Assembly (NCBI GenBank): GCA_013360865.1 | Contig: JABWAS010000002.1 | Location: 30,159 to 94,158, forward strand | Reading direction: 5' to 3' | Source: Candidatus Paceibacter sp. | GTDB lineage: Bacteria > Patescibacteriota > Minisyncoccia > UBA9983 | DNA length: 64,000 nt | Part shown: positions 52,083 to 61,491 of the stretch, piece after piece | Layout of the letters: each line of letters starts with the position of its first letter | Numbering within the stretch: position 1 is the first letter of the stretch | Translations under genes and position numbers: made by a program | Notes under the pieces: model-generated | Seen by the model: only the letters and a program-made list of their open reading frames with translations | Databases searched by the model: none | Told to the model about the DNA's origin: nothing

Positions 52083-53834
52083 TTATTCGCTGGTGACTCT
52101 TAACACTTCCTCCAGCGTGGTCACTCCCTGGGCCGACTTCATAATTCCGTCTTCCAGCATCGTCATCATTCCCTCTTTTTTGGCCTGTTTTTCTATGTCG
52201 CCGGAGGTGGCGTTGGACATTATCAGGTTTTTGATGGACTCGTTGACGCTTAAAATTTCATGGACGCCTATCCGGCTGGAGTAGCCGTCGGCGCACTCGC
52301 CGGACGGCTTCGGCCGGTAAAACGGCAGTTTGTCCAAAGTCGTTCCTTTCTCCGCCAGCTTTTCCTTAACCATAAAATCAGCCACCCTTTCCAAGTCGGC
52401 TTCCTTTTTCAAGGCTTCGTACTGCTCTTTGCTTAGAAAATATTTTTCCTTGCCGGGGCAAAGCACACGCACCAGCCTTTGGGCGATGACGACGTTAAGA
52501 GTTGAGGCAAGCAAAAACGGCTCCACGCCCATATCCAGAAGCCTTGGCACGGCTCCGGCGGCGGAGTTGGTGTGCAAAGTGGAAAGAACGAGATGCCCGG
52601 TCAGGGCGGCATTGACCGCCAGTGAGGCCGTCTCGCTGTCTCTTATCTCTCCCACCATTATTATATCCGGGTCCTGCCTGACCAGCGACCTCAAGCCGTT
52701 GGCGAAAGTAAATCCGATGTCCGGCCGGACCTGCGTCTGATTAACTCTGGGTATCTGGTATTCTATCGGGTCCTCAATGGTGGAGATATTGACGTCGGGC
52801 GTGTTCAAAATATCCATCGCCGTGTAGAGCGTGGTGGTCTTGCCGGAGCCGGTCGGTCCGGTGACTAAAATCATACCCGTCGGCTTGTTGATGGCGCGGT
52901 GAAATTCCTCTATCTGGCTGGGAGCAAAGCCGAGCGTCTCAAAGGTGAAGCCTTTGGAATTTTCCAGCAAAATTCTCATCACGATTTTCTCTCCGTGAAA
53001 AACCGGCAAAACGGAAACACGGAAAGAAACCTTGTCTTCCGCGGTTTCTATCTTGAAGCGTCCGTCCTGGGGCAACCTTTTTTCGTCTATCTTCAGGTTA
53101 GAGAGTATTTTTATTCTGGCGGTGATGCCGGAGGCGACGTGCCGCGGCAAAATCATTGCGTCGCGCAAAACCCCGTCCACGCGGTAACGCACCACTAAAT
53201 CTTTTTCCTGCGGTTCTATGTGGATGTCGCTGGCCCGCTGCAGAATGGCGTGGCGCAAAAGCGTGTCCACGATTCTGACGATAGGAACATCCTCGGCCAG
53301 TTTTTTAAGGTCGTCTCCGGCAGCTTCCGCGCCGTCTTTATCGCTGACGATTTTAAGCGATCCGGCCTCTTTTTTGACGATGTTGTCAAACTCCGCCTGC
53401 AGACTTTCCTGGTATTGGGAAAGGGCGGACTTGATGGATTTGCGGCTGGTGAGCCTGGGCAGAATTTTGAGATTTGATTTTTTCTTGATGAAGTCAATCG
53501 TTTCCAAATCTTCCGGGTCAAGCATCGCCACCTCCAGCTCGTCTTCTTTTTTATTATAAGCCACGATGTTGTGGTTGCGGGCGAGCGGTTCAGGTATAAG
53601 GCTCAAAACTTTGAAATCTATTTTTTCTTTTTCCAGACTGACGAACGGGATGCCTAAAATGTAGGCTTCCATTCTTCTTAAATCGTCTTCGGAAATTTTT
53701 CCTTCGTTAAGCAAAACTTCCTTCAAATCAAGGTCTTCCCTCTTGGCTTTCTTCTCAGCCTCGGCGACGTCCTTGGCGGCAACCAATCCGCTGTCCAGCA
53801 AAAAAAGCTTCAATTTTTTGGACTCAACTTTCAT
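52083..53834 (-). CDS. type IV pilus assembly ATPase PilB/GspE
   Basis: Walker A GPTGSGKTT, Asp box, Walker B and His box (GHLVLSTLHTN). N-terminal GSPII domain. 583 aa. Confidence 0.85.
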   Translation of the reverse strand: MKVESKKLKLFLLDSGLVAAKDVAEAEKKAKREDLDLKEVLLNEGKISEDDLRRMEAYILGIPFVSLEKEKIDFKVLSLIPEPLARNHNIVAYNKKEDELEVAMLDPEDLETIDFIKKKSNLKILPRLTSRKSIKSALSQYQESLQAEFDNIVKKEAGSLKIVSDKDGAEAAGDDLKKLAEDVPIVRIVDTLLRHAILQRASDIHIEPQEKDLVVRYRVDGVLRDAMILPRHVASGITARIKILSNLKIDEKRLPQDGRFKIETAEDKVSFRVSVLPVFHGEKIVMRILLENSKGFTFETLGFAPSQIEEFHRAINKPTGMILVTGPTGSGKTTTLYTAMDILNTPDVNISTIEDPIEYQIPRVNQTQVRPDIGFTFANGLRSLVRQDPDIIMVGEIRDSETASLAVNAALTGHLVLSTLHTNSAAGAVPRLLDMGVEPFLLASTLNVVIAQRLVRVLCPGKEKYFLSKEQYEALKKEADLERVADFMVKEKLAEKGTTLDKLPFYRPKPSGECADGYSSRIGVHEILSVNESIKNLIMSNATSGDIEKQAKKEGMMTMLEDGIMKSAQGVTTLEEVLRVTSE

Positions 53835-53881
53835 TGGTTTGATTATACCAAAAATAAACTTGGCCGTAATGATTTGACAAT

Positions 53882-53910
53882 TATAAATTGTGTGTATATC
53901 ATTAAATCAT
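53882..53910 (+). promoter_or_regulatory. putative sigma70-type promoter for nusA
   Basis: TTGACA at 53882-53887, 17-nt spacer, then TATCAT. The leader contains two small GAAA-loop hairpins (cccgc-cgaaa-gcggg, cgccc-gaaa-tggcg). Confidence 0.3.
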
Positions 53911-53975
53911 CAATCCCGCCGAAAGCGGGATAATTTTATAAGAAAAACGCCCGAAATGGCGTAAAAGCAAAACAT

Positions 53976-55160
53976 ATGGATCTAAAAGCTTTACAAACGG
54001 CCCTGCACCAGTTGGAAACGGAAAGAGGCATACCGAAAGATAAAATCGTCCGAACAATAGAAGACGCGCTGGCGGCGGCCTATAAAAAAGACTACGGCAA
54101 AAAAGGCCAGATTATTCGGGCCGTGTTTAATCCGGAAAACGGAGAAATGTCTTTCTCCCAGATCAAATACATCGTGGATGAATCAATGCTCAAGACGGAA
54201 GAAGAGGGCGACGAACCGGCCCACGAAGAAGCGCCCGTGGCAATGGCGGAGGGCGAGATAAAGAAAGTGCGCTTCAACCCCGAGCACCACATTATGCTGG
54301 ACGAGGCCAAAAAAATTAAGAAAACCGTCCAGCCGGGCGAGGAAATGGTTTTTCCCTTGGAAACGAAAGAAAACTACGGAATGATCGCTGCGCAGACCGC
54401 CAAACAGGTTATCATCCAGAGAATCCGCGAGGCGGAGAAAGAATCAATCTACGGCGAATACAAAAACCGCCAGGGAGAAATAATCAGCGGCATCGTCCAG
54501 AGAATGGAGGCCGGCAACGTCTTCGTTGACCTGGGCAGGGCCACAGCCATGCTCCCCCGCGATGAGCAGATCCGGGGCGAGAGATATAGGATAGGAGAAA
54601 GAACAAGGGCATTGCTTTTCCTGGTGGAAGAAACGCCAAGAGGCATAAACCTTTTCCTTTCCCGCTCGCACCCGAGGTTTATCGCCAAACTTTTTGAGAT
54701 GGAAATACCGGAAATAACTTCCGGCGCGGTGGAGATAAAAAACATCGCCCGCGAACCGGGTTCCCGCTCCAAGATAGCGGTGGTTTCCAAACAGGACGGC
54801 ATTGACCCCGTCGGCTCCTGCGTCGGCCAAAAAGGCGTAAGGATCAGCACCATCATCTCCGAACTGGGCGGCGAAAAAATAGACATCATAGAATGGTCCG
54901 AGAATCCGGAAGACGTCATTGCCAATTCCCTTTCTCCGGCCAAGATAATAGAAGTCAAGGCCGACCCGAAAACAAGGGTGGCCGAGGTGACGGTGGACGA
55001 GGACCAGCTTTCCTTGGCCATCGGCAAGATGGGCCAAAACGTGAGGCTGGCGGCCAAACTGACCGGCTGGAAAATAGACATCAAGTCCCGCGCGGGCGAA
55101 ACAGTGGCGGAAGCGAACGAGGAAGGAGAAGTGACGGAGAAAACAAAAGAAACTGTGTAA
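53976..55160 (+). CDS. nusA: transcription termination/antitermination factor NusA
   Basis: N-terminal NusA domain, S1 domain (GEIISGIVQRMEAGNVFVDLG) and two KH domains (GSRSKIAVVS..., GQKGVRIS..). 394 aa. Confidence 0.85.
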   Translation: MDLKALQTALHQLETERGIPKDKIVRTIEDALAAAYKKDYGKKGQIIRAVFNPENGEMSFSQIKYIVDESMLKTEEEGDEPAHEEAPVAMAEGEIKKVRFNPEHHIMLDEAKKIKKTVQPGEEMVFPLETKENYGMIAAQTAKQVIIQRIREAEKESIYGEYKNRQGEIISGIVQRMEAGNVFVDLGRATAMLPRDEQIRGERYRIGERTRALLFLVEETPRGINLFLSRSHPRFIAKLFEMEIPEITSGAVEIKNIAREPGSRSKIAVVSKQDGIDPVGSCVGQKGVRISTIISELGGEKIDIIEWSENPEDVIANSLSPAKIIEVKADPKTRVAEVTVDEDQLSLAIGKMGQNVRLAAKLTGWKIDIKSRAGETVAEANEEGEVTEKTKETV

Positions 55161-55319
55161 GAATTATTAGTTAATTTTAAATCCGAAATTCGAATATCGA
55201 AATTCGAAACAATTTCTAAACTCAAAAAACAAAATTCAAAACTGTTTAGAATTTTAAATTTTTAACATTTGAATTTATTTCGGATTTCGTGCTTCGTGCT
55301 TCGGATTTACATTTTGAAT

Positions 55320-55841
55320 ATGTCGTTATTAAACATCAAAATCGGAGACAAGGCGCCGGAAATTATCAACGTCGTAATTGAGATTCCCAAAGACAGCCAG
55401 AATAAATACGAGATAGATAAACAAACGGGAATAATCTCGCTGGACCGGGTTCTCTACTCCCCCGTCCATTATCCCGCCGACTACGGATTCATACCAGAAA
55501 CCAAAGCCGAGGACGGCGACCCGGCGGATGTGATGGTCTTGGGCAGCGATCCGCTATTTCCCGGCTGTGTGGCCAGGGTCCGACCGATAGGAATACTTAG
55601 GATGATTGATGCCGGCGAACAGGACAACAAAATTCTGGGCGTGCAGGCGGACAACCCACGCTTTGACGCCATCAAAGACATCTCCGACATAGAGAAACTG
55701 CACACTCATTCGCTTAAAGAAATCGCCCACTTCTTCCAGACCTACAAAGAATTGCAAGGCAAAAAAGTAGAAATATTAGGCTGGGAAAACTCCTCGGCGG
55801 CCAAGAAAGAAATAGAAAGAGCGATGGAGATGTATAAGTAA
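55320..55841 (+). CDS. ppa: inorganic pyrophosphatase
   Basis: DGDPADV motif and conserved Asp/Lys residues. The start was set to the MSLLNIKIG ATG at 55320. Confidence 0.85.
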   Translation: MSLLNIKIGDKAPEIINVVIEIPKDSQNKYEIDKQTGIISLDRVLYSPVHYPADYGFIPETKAEDGDPADVMVLGSDPLFPGCVARVRPIGILRMIDAGEQDNKILGVQADNPRFDAIKDISDIEKLHTHSLKEIAHFFQTYKELQGKKVEILGWENSSAAKKEIERAMEMYK

Positions 55842-55870
55842 AATTCAAAATTAAAAAGTCAAAATTTAGC

Positions 55871-56593
55871 TTATATTTTATTTGCTTGTTTGGTGATTAT
55901 ATCATAACGATACGAACCCTTTATGTCTCCGCCCCAGGTTACGTCATATTCTATTTCTTCGTTATTAATCCATCCTCGAAATTCAGTTCCATAACAACCA
56001 TATCCTCTTTCACACTCGATGCCTTGTAAATCCAAGTCAAGAGATTCCATAGTTTCTGAACTAGTAATGGTAAAACTGCAATCCCCCTCCCAACAACCGT
56101 CCGAAAAAACAAAATAATTGCCATTTGGAGAAAAACCAAGAAATTTATTGCCTAGATAATAATCCGTAAGAATGCGAATCTCTCCTGGAGCGCGAAAGGG
56201 ATGTAAAACACCTGCGACAGAATCTGGTTTCAAATAAAAACTGACAGTAAAACCGATTTCTGTGCCTCTTGGCGAAAGACTAATGCTAACAAAATCAGAA
56301 AAATTCCTAAAAGCCGCTCTATCAATACAGCCATTATTCGGCACTAATTTTCGATTATAATCATCAGTGCATCTCTCTGTTTTTTGAAAAAAATTAAATA
56401 TGCGGTCATCGGCAACATCTAAAATAACTCTTCCTCTTTCATCAAGAATGCTTTTTTTATCTGATGAAATTTTTATGGGCTGGAGTGGTTTTTGCGACTT
56501 AATCCTGATTTTGCTGACTACGTTAAAACCAAAAACACCTAAACCAAAAATTATAATTGCTAGAATGATAATCTTTAAAAAATTTAATCTCAT
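55871..56593 (-). CDS. hypothetical secreted/anchored protein
   Basis: 240 aa with an N-terminal TM and a Cys-containing beta-rich domain. Confidence 0.4.
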   Translation of the reverse strand: MRLNFLKIIILAIIIFGLGVFGFNVVSKIRIKSQKPLQPIKISSDKKSILDERGRVILDVADDRIFNFFQKTERCTDDYNRKLVPNNGCIDRAAFRNFSDFVSISLSPRGTEIGFTVSFYLKPDSVAGVLHPFRAPGEIRILTDYYLGNKFLGFSPNGNYFVFSDGCWEGDCSFTITSSETMESLDLDLQGIECERGYGCYGTEFRGWINNEEIEYDVTWGGDIKGSYRYDIITKQANKI

Positions 56594-56601
56594 TGAATTG
56601 G

Positions 56602-57651
56602 CTACGCCGTCGGTTTGGCGATGCGCTTTTTCCGATAGTTGATGTCGTCCAGGACTTCCATGGCGATGGTCGCCAGCGGCACGGCCAATAGCATCCCGAC
56701 AAAACCTCCCACGTTGGCGCCGATAACCAAAGCCAGGATAACCACGACGGCCGGAACGCCCACTATTTTTCTAACCACCAAAGGATAGATAAGATGATTC
56801 TCAAACTGTTGGATAATGACGTAAAGAATAAGTACCTCCAAAGCCAGCCATGGATTTTCCAACAAAGCCACGATAATCGGCGGTATGGCGGAAAGTATCG
56901 GCCCGAAAATCGGGATGAGCTCAAAAATGGCCGCTAAGATGGCGAAAGTCAAAGCGTATTTGACCTGCAAAAGGGTAAGTCCGATGTAAACTAAGACGCC
57001 GACGATAAAGCCAAGCAATATCTGCCCCTGAAGCCAGTAACCGATTTTCTTCCTCCAGCGCATCCACAGGCTAATGGCGTAGTCCTCGTGGCGCGTCGGT
57101 ATTATTATTCTTAAAAAGTTTTCCACCCCGTTTTCCTGAACGGACAAATAAAAAGAGAGCACTATCACAAGAATGAACGAAACCACCCCGCCCACGGCCA
57201 TAGAGGCAAAGTCAAAAAAGCTGGCGGTAAATGTGTCTATGTATTCCCCAAGCATCGTTATTGAGTTGCCGAGTCCGTCTCTGACAAACACCGGCAGATT
57301 GCCGAAAATTTTGTCCACGGTGCCGGCCTCAAACGGCTTTTCCAGATAAAGCGGGATGTTGTCGGAAAAATTGGTCAGTTCGGAAAAAGTGGTCGGGATG
57401 ATGATGTAGAACATCGCCCCGAGGAACAGAAACGCCGCCATATAAATGAAGACGACTGCCAGGGCTCTGGGTATTTTCCTCTTCTGCAGCCAGGCCGCCG
57501 CCGGTTCTATGCCGGAAGCAATAACCAAAGAAAGAATCACAGACATTAAAATGCCACGAATCATATAAAGAAAAACAGCAATCACAAGGATGGTCAAAAT
57601 TTTTATTACTGTTCCGACGCTTATATTTATTGAAAATTTATTTTCTTCCAT
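56602..57651 (-). CDS. AI-2E family transporter (PerM-like)
   Basis: 349 aa, 7-8 TM, family-typical topology. Confidence 0.7.
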   Translation of the reverse strand: MEENKFSINISVGTVIKILTILVIAVFLYMIRGILMSVILSLVIASGIEPAAAWLQKRKIPRALAVVFIYMAAFLFLGAMFYIIIPTTFSELTNFSDNIPLYLEKPFEAGTVDKIFGNLPVFVRDGLGNSITMLGEYIDTFTASFFDFASMAVGGVVSFILVIVLSFYLSVQENGVENFLRIIIPTRHEDYAISLWMRWRKKIGYWLQGQILLGFIVGVLVYIGLTLLQVKYALTFAILAAIFELIPIFGPILSAIPPIIVALLENPWLALEVLILYVIIQQFENHLIYPLVVRKIVGVPAVVVILALVIGANVGGFVGMLLAVPLATIAMEVLDDINYRKKRIAKPTA

Positions 57652-57657
57652 GTTTTT

Positions 57658-58947
57658 TCAATTTAATTTCGCTAAAATCGCCTCGTATCTTTTTTGTTCC
57701 GCCTTTCCGGCATCCTGTTTGCCCACCGCCGCCAGGCTTATCTTGCTTGGAGAAAAAATCTCCCTTGCGGCATTTATTATTTCTTCCTTTGTCACCTTTT
57801 CTATTTTTTTAAAGATATCCGTCGGCTGTTCAATTTTATTATAAAACAATTCCTGCCCGGCGACAAAGCCGGCTATCTCGTCGGAAGTTTCAAACTTCAG
57901 TGCCATTTGTCCCCGCAGGTAACTTTTGGCCAGGGAAACATCTTCCTCGGAAATTTTACCGTCTTTTATTTCCTTGCAGATGTCGGTTATTTTTTCCGCC
58001 ACTTCGCCTAGTTTGTTATGGGGGATTCCGGCGGCCATGCCCAGGTAGCCGCAGTCCAGATATTGTTCCCCCCAGGAATAAACGTAGTAGGCCAGTCCCA
58101 GTTTTTCTCTTATTTCCGAAAACAGACGCGACGAGGTGTTGCCGCCCAAAATAACGGACAGTAAATTAAGGACGTATCTTTTTTCGTCATACATGTCATA
58201 CGCCCGCGCCGCCATGGCCAGATGCGTCTGGTCGGAATCTTTGTTTATTATCTTTACGTTTGGTGATTTTTGCCCTATCTTCGCTTTGGCGCAGGGGTTA
58301 TTCGTCCCTTTTTTTATTTTTCCGAAAATGGCGTTTAATTTTTTGAAAGTTTCCTCCGGTTCAAAATTTCCCGCGACCACCAATACCATATTGCCCGCTT
58401 TATAGTTTTCGCCTTCGTATTTAATCAGGTCGTTTCTCTTTATCGCCCCGACCGATTCCTTGCTTCCTATGATGTCCCACCCGATCGGCTGGTCGCCCAG
58501 AGCGATGTTTTCCAAAACGCTTTGGACTTTCACCCGCAAATTATCTTCGTACATATCCATTTCCTGAAGTATCACTCCCCTTTCTTTTTCTATCTCCTCC
58601 TCCTTAAACAAAGGCTCCAGCAGAATGTCGGAAACGACGTCCAAACCAACGTCAAAATCTTTGGCGGAAGTCTTGACCCAGAATCCGGTCATCTCCTTGG
58701 AAGTGAAGGCGTTGTGGTCGGCGCCTATTTTGTTGAGGTCTCTGTGAACTTGTCCTGGCTCCGGCCGGCTCTTGGTGCCTTTGAAGAACATATGTTCCAA
58801 GAAATGAGAGATGCCGCCGATTTTCTTAACCTCCCAGCGCGAACCGACTTTGACAAACGCCATCAGCGTCACCGCCTCGGTGCTCTTCAGCGGAGCAAGT
58901 ATAACCCTCAACCCGTTGTCCAAAACTTTTTTCTCAAAGTTTATCAT
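57658..58947 (-). CDS. M16 family zinc peptidase (pitrilysin-like)
   Basis: Inverted zinc motif HxxEH (GISHFLEHMFFKGT). 429 aa. Confidence 0.8.
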   Translation of the reverse strand: MINFEKKVLDNGLRVILAPLKSTEAVTLMAFVKVGSRWEVKKIGGISHFLEHMFFKGTKSRPEPGQVHRDLNKIGADHNAFTSKEMTGFWVKTSAKDFDVGLDVVSDILLEPLFKEEEIEKERGVILQEMDMYEDNLRVKVQSVLENIALGDQPIGWDIIGSKESVGAIKRNDLIKYEGENYKAGNMVLVVAGNFEPEETFKKLNAIFGKIKKGTNNPCAKAKIGQKSPNVKIINKDSDQTHLAMAARAYDMYDEKRYVLNLLSVILGGNTSSRLFSEIREKLGLAYYVYSWGEQYLDCGYLGMAAGIPHNKLGEVAEKITDICKEIKDGKISEEDVSLAKSYLRGQMALKFETSDEIAGFVAGQELFYNKIEQPTDIFKKIEKVTKEEIINAAREIFSPSKISLAAVGKQDAGKAEQKRYEAILAKLN

Positions 58948-59364
58948 TTAAACCAACTTTTTTACGTAAATAATATATTCTTTAAAATCTACAAAATTAA
59001 TTTTTAGTTTTTCTATAAAAGCTTGTTTGTTCAAAGTATCGTATCTGTGGACAATTCTATTTCTTAGACCGACAACCGGAGCTATTTTTGCGGCAAAATC
59101 TTTCGGCAACAAATTGTTATCCGCCAACGTTACAAACGTGCTTTGCAGGTCATCGGGCACGGTTAATTTATTCTCTTTTATTAAATGGATATTTATGTCC
59201 ACAATGGTATCAACTATAAGCTGAAGCAACCTCTCCGCCGTGTGATATTTGAAATAATCTTTTCTTATTTCTTCGTCCGACATTTTTGTTACTATCGGAT
59301 CAAGTTCTTCCAAATATTCAATTATTTGATTTATTTTTTTCTCAACCAGTTCCTTGTCAAACAT
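58948..59364 (-). CDS. hepT: HepT-like (DUF86) toxin of a nucleotidyltransferase TA pair
   Basis: C-terminal RNRIVHRYDTLN (Rx4HxY motif). 138 aa. It overlaps the upstream MNT gene by 8 nt. Confidence 0.7.
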   Translation of the reverse strand: MFDKELVEKKINQIIEYLEELDPIVTKMSDEEIRKDYFKYHTAERLLQLIVDTIVDINIHLIKENKLTVPDDLQSTFVTLADNNLLPKDFAAKIAPVVGLRNRIVHRYDTLNKQAFIEKLKINFVDFKEYIIYVKKLV

Positions 59365-59779
59365 GTTTTAATTCTTTTTGGTACTGTTTAATTTTAAAAT
59401 CCAAAAATTCCGACCTTGCTTTTAAAAGTTTTTTTGTGTCAAAATATTTTTTAAACGCATTAATTACAAATTCGCTGAATAAGGTTTTTTTTGACTCAAA
59501 AACAACGACCGCGTTATCCGCGATTTCTTTTTGAAGCAGTGGCGAAGCGTTTCTTAAGGAAACCAGATCAACAAAATTAGTTTTAAAAATCTCCATAAGC
59601 GCTATGGAAAGCGAACTTTCCTCCATCAGTTCAAGCGGTTTTTCCGATAAATAAGCAATGTCAACGTCGCTCCCCCTGCGAGTTTTTCCGGTCGCCTGTG
59701 AACCAAAAAGCACCACCAAAGAAAGACCGTATTCCTCTGCCAATTCCTTGATTTTTGGCTTTGCATTCTCTATATCCAT
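59357..59779 (-). CDS. mntA: MNT-type nucleotidyltransferase antitoxin
   Basis: GSQATGKTRRGSDVDIAYL (GSx9-10DxD motif). 140 aa. Confidence 0.7.
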   Translation of the reverse strand: MDIENAKPKIKELAEEYGLSLVVLFGSQATGKTRRGSDVDIAYLSEKPLELMEESSLSIALMEIFKTNFVDLVSLRNASPLLQKEIADNAVVVFESKKTLFSEFVINAFKKYFDTKKLLKARSEFLDFKIKQYQKELKHV

Positions 59780-59824
59780 ACTGAAACAACAATAGCACGG
59801 GCAAAAACTTTAGGCAAAGAAGCA

Positions 59825-59860
59825 CAAAGAAAGGATATTTTCTAATCCTTTCTTTGTTTT
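59825..59860. terminator. Rho-independent terminator hairpin
   Basis: caaagaaaggat-attttcta-atcctttctttg followed by tttt. It lies between the small gene 59881..60120 and the TA pair. Confidence 0.5.
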
Positions 59861-59880
59861 ATCTAGTGCAGTAGAAATTA

Positions 59881-60120
59881 TTATTGATTATATGGAGCCT
59901 CATCCCCATATGGAATCCCTAAGCAATATACATTATCAGAATAATCAGCGAGGGCTCCTGCACCAATATAAATCTTAAAACCAAAACAATTATGATAAAA
60001 TTTATCGCAGTCAGAATAAGGACAATTGCCTCCGGTAGTTCCAATAATTTTGGGGTAAAAAAAGACAAATACTCCTAGTATAATAAAAATTATACTAAAA
60101 ATCTTAATCTTTTTATTCAT
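59881..60120 (-). CDS. small membrane protein
   Basis: 79 aa with an N-terminal TM. It overlaps the glyQS stop by 8 nt. Confidence 0.35.
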   Translation of the reverse strand: MNKKIKIFSIIFIILGVFVFFYPKIIGTTGGNCPYSDCDKFYHNCFGFKIYIGAGALADYSDNVYCLGIPYGDEAPYNQ

Positions 60121-61486
60121 GGTTTTTATTAGTTAAATAATCTGCGACCTTTATAATGCCTACCCTTTCCTGCTTGCCCGTATCCCTGTCGCGGACGGTG
60201 ACGGTGTCGTCGTTTAAAGTGTCGAAATCTATCGTGATGCAAAACGGCGTGCCGATTTCATCCTGCCTTCGGTAGCGTTTGCCGATGTTGCCGTTGTCGT
60301 CAAAAATTATCGGCCGGATTTCTTTTTTAAGTTCGCGGTAAACTTCTTGGGCTTTTTTGACCAGTTCCGGCTTGTTCTTCAGCAACGGGAAAACAGCCGC
60401 TTTTATCGGAGCCATGTTTGGCTTGAATCTAAGCACCACTCTTTTTTCGCCGTTCATTTCGTCCTCGTCGTAAGCGTCAGAAAGAAGCATTAAAACTGTT
60501 CGGTCAACTCCGACCGATGTTTCAATCACATGGGGGATATAACGTTCTTTGGTTTTCTCGTCAAAATAGCTCATATCAACGCCTGAAAATTTCTGATGCT
60601 GGCTCAGATCATAATCTCCCCTGTAATGCACTCCTTCCAACTCGTTCCAACCAAACGGGTATTCATACTGAATATCCCACGCGTCTTTGGCGTAGAAAAC
60701 AAGATTCTCGTGTTGTTTCCAGCGCAATTTTTCTTTTTTTGCCCCTAAACGGTCATAATAAGCCATACGCTCTTTTTTCCACTCTTCGTAAGCAGCCGGA
60801 GCGTCTTTTGGCGAAATAAAATATTGCATTTCCATTTGCTCAAACTCCCGCTTGCGAAACAAAAATTGCCTTGGGCTTATTTCATTTCGGAAAGCTTTGC
60901 CAATCTGAGCGATCCCGAACGGAATGGAATAAAATCCGGAACCTATCACGTTTTTATAGTTTATAAAAATACCTTGGGCTGTTTCTCCCCTCAGATAAAC
61001 TTCTTCGTCTTCGCTGTCAAACTTGCCTAAGGTTGAGGTCGCCAGAAGACTCTTGGCGACAATTTTTCCAAAATCTTTTTTACCGCATGTTGGACAGTGC
61101 AATTTGTCCCTATTGTCATCAAATAATTTGTTTATTTGCTGTTCCGTCATCTTCTCGTCCGCCACAACTCCTATGACATCAAGCAGATGGTCGGCGCGGA
61201 ATTTGGTATGGCAAGAATTGCATATAACCATAGGGTCGGAAAATCCGGAAACATGACCGCTGGCTTCCCAAACCTTCGCGGCGGTAAAAATACTTGAATC
61301 CAAAAAGGCCATATTGTCATGTATTTTCATGGCATTGGTCCACTCATCAACAACGTTTCTGCGAAGCTCTGTTCCAAGAGGACCCCAGTCATAAGTCCCC
61401 GCAAATCCTCCGTATATATCAGAACCTGGGAAGACAAACCCCTTTCTTTTGCAAAGCGATATTATTTTTTCCAATTTATTTTCCAT
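60113..61486 (-). CDS. glyQS: glycine--tRNA ligase (alpha2 dimeric type)
   Basis: N-terminus IISLCKRKGFVFPGSDIYGGFAGTYDWGPLG with class II motifs. 457 aa. Confidence 0.9.
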   Translation of the reverse strand: MENKLEKIISLCKRKGFVFPGSDIYGGFAGTYDWGPLGTELRRNVVDEWTNAMKIHDNMAFLDSSIFTAAKVWEASGHVSGFSDPMVICNSCHTKFRADHLLDVIGVVADEKMTEQQINKLFDDNRDKLHCPTCGKKDFGKIVAKSLLATSTLGKFDSEDEEVYLRGETAQGIFINYKNVIGSGFYSIPFGIAQIGKAFRNEISPRQFLFRKREFEQMEMQYFISPKDAPAAYEEWKKERMAYYDRLGAKKEKLRWKQHENLVFYAKDAWDIQYEYPFGWNELEGVHYRGDYDLSQHQKFSGVDMSYFDEKTKERYIPHVIETSVGVDRTVLMLLSDAYDEDEMNGEKRVVLRFKPNMAPIKAAVFPLLKNKPELVKKAQEVYRELKKEIRPIIFDDNGNIGKRYRRQDEIGTPFCITIDFDTLNDDTVTVRDRDTGKQERVGIIKVADYLTNKNHE

Positions 61487-61491
61487 GATGA

